Below are positions 1-7,710 of a DNA stretch of 64,000 nt, one piece after another. Positions within the stretch are counted from its first letter, which is position 1, and the number at the start of each line of letters is the position of its first letter. This DNA is from a virus: positions 36,818 to 100,817 of the IMG/VR virus record IMGVR_UViG_3300013426_000002; one strand, given 5' to 3'. The position numbers and the translations under genes are program-made. Under the pieces are notes generated by a model, which saw only the letters and a list, made by a program, of their open reading frames with translations, did not search any database and had not been told where the DNA came from.

Positions 1-390
1 GATGAGCGTAAAATTATAGCTGCATTAGAAAGAGTATTTATTAGAGCTAAGAAAGTCGGTAAAACAAGTATAATTCAACTTTCTCAGATGAATCGTAATA
101 TTGAAATGCCTGAAAGGATTATAAATCCGTCAAGTCATTATCCTATGAGAAGTGACTTGTCATCCTCAGATTCTGTATTTCAAGGCAGTGACGTTATAGC
201 AGTTTTATCAAGACCTGAAACATTGGGTATTACTGCATACGGGCCGTCACGATTACCTGTACAAAATAAAGTATATCTACACTTTCTAAAAGTTAGAGAA
301 GGCAAATTAGCCATACTTGAATATGAGAACGACCTGCAATATAACAACTTAATTGAGGTAGATAGATCTGAGAATAAACCACAATATTAA
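1..390 (+). CDS. Replicative DnaB-family helicase, C-terminal fragment (ORF open to left window edge)
   Basis: Frame 1 is open from nt 1 (DERKIIAALERVFIRAKKVGKTSIIQLSQMNRNIE...). The SQ(L/M)NR and ...SDLSSSDSVFQGSDVIAVLSRPE segments resemble DnaB C-terminal motifs (SQLnR, sDLReSG..eQDADvv). Confidence 0.75.
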   Translation, partial: DERKIIAALERVFIRAKKVGKTSIIQLSQMNRNIEMPERIINPSSHYPMRSDLSSSDSVFQGSDVIAVLSRPETLGITAYGPSRLPVQNKVYLHFLKVREGKLAILEYENDLQYNNLIEVDRSENKPQY

Positions 391-399
391 TTTAAATTT

Positions 400-924
400 T
401 TGGCTAACATGACTACGACATTTTTGAATAAAAAGGGTAACAATAATAACTTTAACTTTAACGCTTACGATTTCTTGAATCCGTATTACGAGAAAATCAG
501 TAAGAAAAAAGATGATAATTATATTGACAATCTTCTTACTAAAGCCTTTAAGAACCTAGTCCCTTGGGCAAAGAAAGAAGATAAGAAAGACAATATTTAT
601 ATCATTTTCGGTGATGAACCGACGAAGAAATATACGTTTAAAAAACCGGATTATACTATTACAAGTATTTCTCCGGCTATTTTGAATCTGGAATGGAATA
701 AGGCTGCTACACATTTGTTAGAATGTGCATATTATGCTAGTAATCCTACTTATGATTTTCTCATTGGTGATACTCCAATTAAAATTCATGGTAATTATAT
801 TCAGGTAGGTTCTGAAATTATTCCAACGTTTACTCATTCTAATTTCTTTACTACAATGAAGAAAGAGGATCAGATTAATATTTATAATATTGCAGTAGAA
901 ATTAATGCCATTTTTGCTGCGTAA
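400..924 (+). CDS. Hypothetical protein (about 171-174 aa; ATG at 409 is the more likely start)
   Basis: Long ORF in the same orientation and packing as its neighbours. No recognisable motif. Confidence 0.5.
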   Translation: MANMTTTFLNKKGNNNNFNFNAYDFLNPYYEKISKKKDDNYIDNLLTKAFKNLVPWAKKEDKKDNIYIIFGDEPTKKYTFKKPDYTITSISPAILNLEWNKAATHLLECAYYASNPTYDFLIGDTPIKIHGNYIQVGSEIIPTFTHSNFFTTMKKEDQINIYNIAVEINAIFAA

Positions 925-940
925 TTATTAACAAAAACTT

Positions 941-990
941 TTCAGATTCTTTCAAATTCTATCAAATTCTTTCGTAACTTATCAAACTAC
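941..990. repeat. Five helically phased 10-bp units (TTCAGATTCT TTCAAATTCT ATCAAATTCT TTCGTAACTT ATCAAACTAC) in the intergenic region upstream of the ATPase gene
   Basis: Direct reading of 941-990. The first three units are near-identical tandem decamers. Confidence 0.5.
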
Positions 991-1016
991 ATCTGAAAAG
1001 GTAAAAACATCTTAAT

Positions 1017-1760
1017 ATGATATCATTACCTACAGAAAAAGTAAAAGCAAAAGTAAATAATCCTAGATTTTTGATTATTTACGGTCGACCTAAAACTGGT
1101 AAAACTAGTTGTGCAGCGGCTCTAGAAAATAATTTAATTGTTGACCTAGAGGGTGGCTCTGAATTCTTAGATGCGTTAGCAGTACAAGCAAGAACTGTTA
1201 ATGATTTAGCTGAAATTGCAAACGCAATTAGAGAAAAAATTAAAGAAACAGGTAAAAAGCCATATAAATATATTACTATAGATAATGCTACACGATTAGA
1301 AGAAATATGTCTATCTTATGCAGGTACTCTCTATAAAGCTCAACCTCAGGGAAAATCTTGGCAAGGTACTGATGTTAGACTGCTTCCACAAGGAGCAGGA
1401 TATCAATATATTAGACTCGCTGTAAGAAAAGTTATTGATATGTTTAAAGAACTTACCGATAACTTAATTCTTATTGGTCATACTAAGGATAAGATGATTA
1501 ATAAGAATGGTGAGGATATGACAGAAATGTCATTAGATCTTGTAGGTAAACTAGGAGATATTGTATGTGGTGAAGCTGATGCAGTAGGTTTTATGTATCG
1601 AAAAGGTAATGAAACAATTATCAATTTCGATAGTAAAGACGAAACTACTAAAGGAGCAAGAGCACCTCACTTACGTGAGCAAAAAATAGTAATTGCAGAA
1701 AGCAACGAAAACAATGAATTAATATTTCATTGGGACAGAATTTATTTACCAGAAATTTAA
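1017..1760 (+). CDS. AAA_24 / Sak4-like RecA-fold ATPase
   Basis: Walker A in RFLIIYGRPKTGKTS, followed by LIVDLEGGSEFL and a Walker B-like YITIDNATRLE. Size and layout are typical of phage AAA_24 nucleotide-binding proteins. Confidence 0.7.
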   Translation: MISLPTEKVKAKVNNPRFLIIYGRPKTGKTSCAAALENNLIVDLEGGSEFLDALAVQARTVNDLAEIANAIREKIKETGKKPYKYITIDNATRLEEICLSYAGTLYKAQPQGKSWQGTDVRLLPQGAGYQYIRLAVRKVIDMFKELTDNLILIGHTKDKMINKNGEDMTEMSLDLVGKLGDIVCGEADAVGFMYRKGNETIINFDSKDETTKGARAPHLREQKIVIAESNENNELIFHWDRIYLPEI

Positions 1761-1783
1761 GTTAACCAAAAATTAAAAAAGAT

Positions 1784-2392
1784 ATGTATAGTTCCGAAAG
1801 AGCCAAAACCATTGTAAAAAAAGACGTAGCACACTTATCAGCAGGTATTGAAGATAATGTATTGTTAACTGCAGTAAGATTTGATAAATCTGCTAATGGT
1901 AACATGTTTATTGAATTCAAGTTTGAAAAAGAAGGTAAAACATTAACTCATACTGAATGGGAACCAACTAAAAGAGATGACGAAACAGAAGAAAGCTTTC
2001 AGAATAAATGTGATAATCAGTTTTCAAGAATCGAACAAATCATGAAATGTTATTATCCTAATCCTGAAGATCGTCAATTTGTTGGAGAAAACTTTACCCA
2101 ATTTGCTCAGTGGGTTACAAATATGCTAAATAAAGCAGATTTAAATACTTTGCTGAGAGTTAAGATTGTATACAACAATGGAGGTTATACTACATTACCT
2201 AAGTATGCAAAATATACGTTTATTGAACCAATGTCTTTGGTTAACGAAAATAAGTCTGTTATTGTAAAATTGGGTATCGACCAATTCGAGAAACCAATTG
2301 TAGCAGATTTAGAAAAAGCTAATCCTAATCCTTTCAATGTTGAAAGCACTATGGATTCTAATAATGCCGATCCTAACGGATTGCCATTTTAA
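1784..2392 (+). CDS. Putative ssDNA-binding protein
   Basis: Lies directly after the Sak4-like ATPase. The C-terminal tip ...DSNNADPNGLPF resembles the acidic D..(I/L)PF tail of bacterial and phage SSBs. No OB-fold motif could be verified by eye. Confidence 0.4.
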   Translation: MYSSERAKTIVKKDVAHLSAGIEDNVLLTAVRFDKSANGNMFIEFKFEKEGKTLTHTEWEPTKRDDETEESFQNKCDNQFSRIEQIMKCYYPNPEDRQFVGENFTQFAQWVTNMLNKADLNTLLRVKIVYNNGGYTTLPKYAKYTFIEPMSLVNENKSVIVKLGIDQFEKPIVADLEKANPNPFNVESTMDSNNADPNGLPF

Positions 2393-2526
2393 AATATAAT
2401 TCTATTTGCGCAATAGAACGAAGACTTCTCACGCTTAGCATATTGACAATTAAGTTAATGATAGCGTACCAGGAGAACCAGATCGTATGCTGGCACTGAC
2501 CACACAGGGGGTAATATAAAGGTGGA

Positions 2527-2621
2527 GAAGAGTAAGCACATAAGCAGATGTGTGAATGGACCTAATACAAATGCTAACTAGCATGTATTTAAATGGGGTG
2601 GTTCGAGTCCACCACTCTTCA
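2527..2621 (+). ncRNA. tRNA-like RNA (acceptor helix and T-arm canonical, interior non-canonical)
   Basis: The 7-bp acceptor helix pairs GAAGAGT (2527-2533) with ACTCTTC (2614-2620), with discriminator A2621. The T-arm is GGTGG-TTCGAGT-CCACC (2597-2613), carrying the canonical TTCGAnT loop. A 4-6 bp D-like hairpin runs GCACAT...ATGTGT (2536-2553). A long hairpin runs AATAC-AA-ATGCT-AACT-AGCAT-GTATT (2564-2589). No 5-bp stem with a 7-nt loop anticodon arm could be found. Confidence 0.5.
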
Positions 2622-2641
2622 CTTATTTAAATTCGTATCAT

Positions 2642-3640
2642 ATGTATGACTCTACAAAAATAAAACAACAAAATGATCCAATTACTTTGGATTATATTTT
2701 ATCAAAAGTCACAGAGTATGATATTTATGCTCGATATATTGGACAATTCAAGATTGGTTTTATATACAATAGTCCATTTAGAGAAGATAAAAATCCTTCA
2801 TTTGGAATATTCAGAAGTAGAAAATCAGGTAAATTACTATTTAAAGATCATGGAAATGGTGATTGTGGGGATGTTATTAAATTTGTAGAGCTTTATACAG
2901 GTTTGACAAATTATAATGACATATTAAATAGAATTATAACCGATATGTCTATTACTAATAATACCAAACTAAAAAGTACAAAAATATATGAGTCTAAAGA
3001 TACTGTAATAGGTGTTGTTAGACAAGATTGGACAGATATTGATAAACAATATTGGTCACAGTTTGGTATTACTAAGGAAACATTAACCAAATTTAACGTA
3101 TCTAGTATAAAATATTACTTATGTGATGGTGTTGTTAAAGGTATATATAAAGATAATAATCCTATGTATGCTTATAAAGTATATGATCATTTCAAAATTT
3201 ATAGACCATTAGCAGATAAATATACTAAGTGGCGTAATAATCTAACTCCTTATGATATTCAAGGGTATGAACAATTACCTAAAAAAGGTGATTTATTGAT
3301 TATTACTAAATCATTGAAAGATGTTATGTGTTTATATGAAATGGGATATGCTGCAATATCACCATCATCAGAAAGTACTTTTATACCAGATAAAGTATTA
3401 AAGCAACTTAAATGTAGATTTAAAAATATAATTGTTATCTACGATCGAGACAAAGCAGGATGTAAAAATTTACGTAAAATTACAACAACTTATAGACTAA
3501 AACCGTTATTAATCCGTAAAAATTTTAAAGCAAAAGATATTTCTGATGCTATCAAACTTAATAGTTTTGAAACTATAAAAAATTGGATTAATAATGAGTT
3601 CAGGAAACAAAGAAATTTGGAAAAAGATAGAAGATTATGA
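2642..3640 (+). CDS. DNA primase, DnaG/toprim type
   Basis: The N-terminal NSPFREDKNPSFGIF...FKDHGNGDCGDVIKFV resembles a degenerate CHC2 primase zinc-finger region. The toprim-like core is LLIITKSLKDVMCLYEMGY...IIVIYDRDKAG (E...DxD). Confidence 0.75.
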   Translation: MYDSTKIKQQNDPITLDYILSKVTEYDIYARYIGQFKIGFIYNSPFREDKNPSFGIFRSRKSGKLLFKDHGNGDCGDVIKFVELYTGLTNYNDILNRIITDMSITNNTKLKSTKIYESKDTVIGVVRQDWTDIDKQYWSQFGITKETLTKFNVSSIKYYLCDGVVKGIYKDNNPMYAYKVYDHFKIYRPLADKYTKWRNNLTPYDIQGYEQLPKKGDLLIITKSLKDVMCLYEMGYAAISPSSESTFIPDKVLKQLKCRFKNIIVIYDRDKAGCKNLRKITTTYRLKPLLIRKNFKAKDISDAIKLNSFETIKNWINNEFRKQRNLEKDRRL

Positions 3641-4082
3641 CTATATAGTTAGTAATTTCGGAAGGATTAAAAATTTAAAGAATAACAACTTTTTAAAACC
3701 ACAAGATAATCGAAATGGTTATTTAAAAGTATGTTTATCCAAACATGGAAAGGTTAAACAATTTTTGATGCATAGATTAGTAGCAGAATTGTTTATAGAT
3801 AATCCAAACAATTTACCACAAGTTAATCATAAAGATGAAAATAAGAAAAATAATAATTTTTCTAATCTAGAATGGTGCACTAAAAAGTATAACATGAATT
3901 ATGGTAAATTAAAAAACTTTCATAAAAAAGAAATTGCAAAATATGAAAATGGATACTTTAAATGTAAGTATAATTCTTTGAAAGAAGCTGCAGAAATAAA
4001 TAATTTATCTAAAAGTTCTATTAGTCGTTGTTGCAAAGGACTACAAAAAACATATGTTGGATTTACGTGGAAATATATTTAA
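3594..4082 (+). CDS. HNH homing endonuclease (NUMOD4 + HNH_3 + C-terminal HTH)
   Basis: IWKKIEDYDYIVSNFGRIKN is NUMOD4-like. GYLKVCLSKHGKVKQFLMHRLVAELF...VNHKDENKKNNNFSNLEW is HNH_3-like. YNSLKEAAEINNLSKSSISRCCKG is IENR1/NUMOD1-like. The start overlaps the primase 3' end. Confidence 0.9.
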   Translation: MSSGNKEIWKKIEDYDYIVSNFGRIKNLKNNNFLKPQDNRNGYLKVCLSKHGKVKQFLMHRLVAELFIDNPNNLPQVNHKDENKKNNNFSNLEWCTKKYNMNYGKLKNFHKKEIAKYENGYFKCKYNSLKEAAEINNLSKSSISRCCKGLQKTYVGFTWKYI

Positions 4083-4166
4083 AAATGGAAAGCTAAAGAT
4101 ATATCCGATGCCATAAAATTAAACGGATTTGAAGTTATTAAAAATTGGTTAAAAGAAACAATATGA
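4083..4166 (+). pseudogene. Displaced remnant of the original primase 3' end
   Basis: Reads KWKAKDISDAIKLNGFEVIKNWLKETI*, against the primase residues FKAKDISDAIKLNSFETIKNWINNE (about 3527-3598). No start codon. Its TGA overlaps the ATG of the next gene (ATGA at 4163-4166), as expected for the ancestral gene junction. Confidence 0.7.
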
Positions 4167-4741
4167 TATGGTTTACTTCAGATCTACATTTCTTTCATGA
4201 TCGTATTTTAGAATTCCATCCAAAACGTAAAGAGTTGTTTGGAAATACTGTTGAAAAAGCTAAAGAAGCTATGATACAATTATGGAATTCCAGAGTAAAT
4301 AAGAAAGATACAGTATATATTCTTGGTGATTTAGCATTTGGTGAAGTAGAAGATAAAAGAAAACTATTTCAAAGACTAAATGGTAATAAAGTATTAATAC
4401 TTGGCAATCATGATAAAATACCAGATCATTTAAAATGCTATTTTAATCATATTACTCAAATCAAGAATATTAAGTTTAAGAAATCTGTATATAATTTCTT
4501 ATACAAAGATCTAAATGTTATTATGTGTCATTTTCCAATGTTAAGTTGGGAACATAAAGATAAAGGATCGATTATGTTACACGGTCATTGTCACGGAAAA
4601 GTAGATAAAATAAATACAGATTCTAAAGAATTAAGAGTGGATGTAGGTATAGATGCAAGTCTAGCTAACTATGACTTAATATCTTTAGAGAAACTTTCTA
4701 AATATTTAGAAAAACATGACAATAACAACAACACCATTTGA
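4163..4741 (+). CDS. Calcineurin-like metallophosphoesterase
   Basis: Motifs DLHFFHD, GDLAFG, LGNHD and HGHCHG. The ATG at 4163 is preferred over the TTG at 4145 given in the ORF track. Confidence 0.85.
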   Translation: MIWFTSDLHFFHDRILEFHPKRKELFGNTVEKAKEAMIQLWNSRVNKKDTVYILGDLAFGEVEDKRKLFQRLNGNKVLILGNHDKIPDHLKCYFNHITQIKNIKFKKSVYNFLYKDLNVIMCHFPMLSWEHKDKGSIMLHGHCHGKVDKINTDSKELRVDVGIDASLANYDLISLEKLSKYLEKHDNNNNTI

Positions 4742-4818
4742 ATTGGCACTTATTGTATTTATTTCCAATATTAGTGCTGTGTTAATCTGTGAAGGAATTG
4801 AAGCTATAGTAGAAGCAT

Positions 4819-5226
4819 ATGAAAACTACAAAAAGAAGAAAAAAGACTTCACAAAATAAAAAGGTTAAAAATGCTACACCTAATATATATGATGGAATAC
4901 AATTCAAATCACAATTAGAAACATATGTTTATAAACAATTAAAGGCTCATAATCTTAAAGCAGAATATGAGCCTATTAAATTTGAATTATTACCATCATT
5001 TACATTTTGTGGCAAGAAAATTCGTGCTATGACTTATACTCCAGATTTTGTTGGAGATAATTTTATCATTGAAGCAAAAGGTAGACCTAATGATGTGTTT
5101 CCGTACAAATGGAAATGGTTTATGTGGTCTTTACTAAACAAAGGTTTAGCTGAGAAGTATAAGTTATTTATAGTACATAATCATAAAGAAACTGATGAAT
5201 GTATTAGACGAATTCAAGAATTATAA
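4819..5226 (+). CDS. Small PD-(D/E)XK-type nuclease (DUF1064-like, possible junction resolvase)
   Basis: YDGIQFKSQLE...TYTPDF...IIEAKG matches the layout I recall for DUF1064-type phage nucleases (DG..FdS..E, ..Y.pDF, .vE.KG). Confidence 0.55.
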   Translation: MKTTKRRKKTSQNKKVKNATPNIYDGIQFKSQLETYVYKQLKAHNLKAEYEPIKFELLPSFTFCGKKIRAMTYTPDFVGDNFIIEAKGRPNDVFPYKWKWFMWSLLNKGLAEKYKLFIVHNHKETDECIRRIQEL

Positions 5227-5348
5227 AAGAGAATTCATACAAAAAGTAGAAGAAATAAAATTTATCTCTACCAACACTTTCTTTAATGATGAATTTAATA
5301 AATATTTATTTATTAAAGACAAAACCAAAAAATCTAAGAAAATAGGAT

Positions 5349-6035
5349 ATGAAAATAACTGCAATTAGTGATTTACATGGCAATCTTATTGATATAGAAC
5401 CATGTGATACATTATTAATTTGTGGAGATATCTCACCATTAGAAATTCAAAGAGACTATATACAAATGACTAAATGGGCCTTTAATGAATTTCAAAAGTG
5501 GATTATGAATCTACCTTGTGATAGAGTAATACTTACTCCAGGTAATCATGATTTCTGGTTTGAAAAAATGATTACTCAACCTCAAACATATTTGTTTGAT
5601 AAATTAACTATTTTAATTAACGGAGAAGTAAATATTTATTCAGGCGCAGATGACAAATACTACAAAATATATGGTACACCTTATTGTAAAGAATTTGGTA
5701 ATTGGGCTTACATGCCTGGAAATACAAAGCTACCCGATCTTTATAAAAAAATACCAGAAAATGTAGACATTCTGATTTGTCATGATTCTCCTCTAGTAGG
5801 ATACGTGGGGAACATTATGGAGCAAAAGAGTGAAGATTATCCTTACGGAGTGCCAGCAGGTAATAATTATTTATTTAATGAAATCGCGAAAAAAGATCCA
5901 AAGTATGTATTATCAGGGCACATTCATTCCGGAGACCATTCTTTACAGAAATATTTAAATACAAAATATGCTAATGTAAGTATATTAGATGAATCTTATT
6001 CGATTAAATACAAACCACTAACATTTGAATTATGA
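5349..6035 (+). CDS. Metallophosphoesterase (second copy, different subfamily)
   Basis: Motifs ISDLHGN, ICGDIS, PGNHD, ICHDSP and SGHIHSGDH. Confidence 0.85.
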   Translation: MKITAISDLHGNLIDIEPCDTLLICGDISPLEIQRDYIQMTKWAFNEFQKWIMNLPCDRVILTPGNHDFWFEKMITQPQTYLFDKLTILINGEVNIYSGADDKYYKIYGTPYCKEFGNWAYMPGNTKLPDLYKKIPENVDILICHDSPLVGYVGNIMEQKSEDYPYGVPAGNNYLFNEIAKKDPKYVLSGHIHSGDHSLQKYLNTKYANVSILDESYSIKYKPLTFEL

Positions 6036-6196
6036 AAAATTACGAAAAGATTAACGTTAAATTGGATGAACAGAATATGGTAGAAGAATTTAACCAAGTA
6101 GAATTAGATATTATGTTGTCTTGTGATGAATATAATGATATGATGACTTATGCTAGTACAAATGCATATGAAAATTTAATTTTACTTGAAGAATAA
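6032..6196 (+). CDS. Small acidic hypothetical protein (54 aa, below the ORF-track cutoff)
   Basis: ORF MKNYEKINVKLDEQNMVEEFNQVELDIMLSCDEYNDMMTYASTNAYENLILLEE*. Its ATG overlaps the upstream stop (ATGA) and its TAA overlaps the downstream ATG (TAATG), so it fills the gap exactly. Confidence 0.5.
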   Translation: MKNYEKINVKLDEQNMVEEFNQVELDIMLSCDEYNDMMTYASTNAYENLILLEE

Positions 6197-7191
6197 TGGA
6201 TATAACTATACCATATTATGAAGACCTTACTCGTATAAGCAATTCTAATATCGGTTGGTTCCTAAAAAAAGGACCAAGATATCTTAAAGAAATGCTTGAT
6301 GGAAAAGAAGGATTAAAAGCTAGTTTTCTGGATAAAGGTACTATGATCCATGAATATATTCTTCAACCAGAAGAATTCTGGAAAGACTATATTATATTAG
6401 ATTTTGCAGTACCTAAAGTAAAACAACAAAAAAATTTACTTGAATTCTATTCTGCTGCAAGACTCGTTGATCCTCTTGCATCTGAAGATCACATATTACT
6501 TATGAGTTATGAAGCAGCTTATGATAATAATAAATCTGAAGAAAAGAAAATTCAAGAGGCAAAAGAATTAGTAGAATTATATCAAAATTATATAGAATAC
6601 TTTAGAAATAAAGATTCTAAAAAAGTAATATCATTTGCAGACCTTAATATGCTAAAAGCAATTAAGAAGAATATGGAAGATCATAAGAAAGCAAATGAAT
6701 TATTATTTAACTATCCAGAAACATTTGAAGTTCATAATGAATTTCATATCAACTGGGAATATCCTAACGCTTCTTCGTTGGGAGATCTACCATGTAAGTC
6801 ATTATTAGATAGAATAATGATAGATCATACAAATAAAAAAATAATATTAGTGGATATAAAGACGACAGCTGATGTTTATAATTTTAAACATTCTATAGAA
6901 GAATTTGATTATTGTCGTCAACTAGCTTACTATTGGTTGGCTATCCATTGGTATTTTAAAAACGAACTAAAACTTAATATTGAAGAATATGAATACGAAA
7001 CTTATATTGTTGCAGTACAATCTCATGATGGGTATGAAGTTAGAGTCTTTAAATTCAATCCTGAAACAATTGAGGAAAGGCTTGTAACTATAGACTATGC
7101 CATAAAACGAATCGCATGGCATAAAAACAATGATCTATGGGATCATATGAAAGAATACTATGATGAAGATGGTGCTGAAATGATATGTTGA
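6196..7191 (+). CDS. PD-(D/E)XK (RecB/Cas4-like) exonuclease
   Basis: SLLDRIMIDHTNKKIILVDIKTT (D...D-x-K) followed by RQLAYY (the QxxxY motif of RecB-family nucleases). Confidence 0.65.
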   Translation: MDITIPYYEDLTRISNSNIGWFLKKGPRYLKEMLDGKEGLKASFLDKGTMIHEYILQPEEFWKDYIILDFAVPKVKQQKNLLEFYSAARLVDPLASEDHILLMSYEAAYDNNKSEEKKIQEAKELVELYQNYIEYFRNKDSKKVISFADLNMLKAIKKNMEDHKKANELLFNYPETFEVHNEFHINWEYPNASSLGDLPCKSLLDRIMIDHTNKKIILVDIKTTADVYNFKHSIEEFDYCRQLAYYWLAIHWYFKNELKLNIEEYEYETYIVAVQSHDGYEVRVFKFNPETIEERLVTIDYAIKRIAWHKNNDLWDHMKEYYDEDGAEMIC

Positions 7192-7658
7192 TAGATAAAT
7201 ATACTAAGCATAGTATATTTTCACTTCCACAAATTTTTGGTGATATTTTAAGCAAACGTGACTTGGATGATAGTGAATTTGTTAACATGTATATGAACGA
7301 TGTTAATAATCCACTTCTTTCAAGTCACGTTTTTTTAGTATTTCATAATATAAAACCTTATTTGTTAAATGCTTTAAAGCAGCATCATTTATTTCACTGT
7401 AGTTATACTATAACTATGAGTAAGATTAAATATACAGTTTTAGCTTTTAATAGAGCTTACTGTATACACGTTATAACTAGAAAGATTGAATATGGATTAT
7501 ATAAATCACTTGGTTATGAAACAAAAATCAAGATATTGAATTTTTGGAATGCTGGAGTAAATGGTAAATTACACAGGTATCTATTTGATGAAAATGCTAA
7601 AACAATAAAACCATTAAGTGAAAATATTACATTACAAGACACAATAAAGCCCCAATAG
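7185..7658 (+). CDS. Hypothetical protein, last gene of the + strand module
   Basis: ORF overlapping the previous gene by 7 nt. No motif recognised. Confidence 0.45.
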   Translation: MLIDKYTKHSIFSLPQIFGDILSKRDLDDSEFVNMYMNDVNNPLLSSHVFLVFHNIKPYLLNALKQHHLFHCSYTITMSKIKYTVLAFNRAYCIHVITRKIEYGLYKSLGYETKIKILNFWNAGVNGKLHRYLFDENAKTIKPLSENITLQDTIKPQ

Positions 7659-7678
7659 TATAATACTAAAGGGGCTTT
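7646..7678. terminator. Bidirectional intrinsic terminator between the convergent modules
   Basis: AAAGCCCC-AA-TAGTA-TAA-TACTA-AA-GGGGCTTT forms an extended hairpin. It is flanked by T-rich tracts on both strands and sits between the 3' ends of convergent genes. Confidence 0.7.
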
Positions 7679-7710
7679 ATTATTGCCTTTAAAATTTTTA
7701 GGGCTATATA

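Noticed and set aside
2527-2621. Calling this element a standard tRNA gene with a defined anticodon.
   Set aside because: The acceptor helix and T-arm are perfect. I tested every 5-bp stem with a 7-nt loop between 2545 and 2596 and none pairs. No U33-containing loop with a plausible anticodon exists. It is kept as a tRNA-like ncRNA only.
3594-4082. Treating the HNH gene as the ORF of a second group I intron in the primase gene.
   Set aside because: I could find no P/Q/R/S-like core elements and no P1 helix with a U.G pair. The flanks are a duplicated, recoded coding segment, which fits free-standing (intron-less) homing better.
4716-4859. A 47-aa ORF with a hydrophobic segment (MTITTTPFELALIVFISNISAVLICEG...) overlapping two genes.
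   Set aside because: It overlaps the 3' end of the phosphoesterase gene and 41 nt of the nuclease gene, whose N-terminus looks genuine. There is no independent support.
5195-5368. A 57-aa ORF spanning the 5227-5348 intergenic gap (MNVLDEFKNYKREFIQKVEEIKF...).
   Set aside because: It could be real because it fills the gap. However, it overlaps both neighbours (32 nt and 20 nt) and has no motif, so it is left unannotated.
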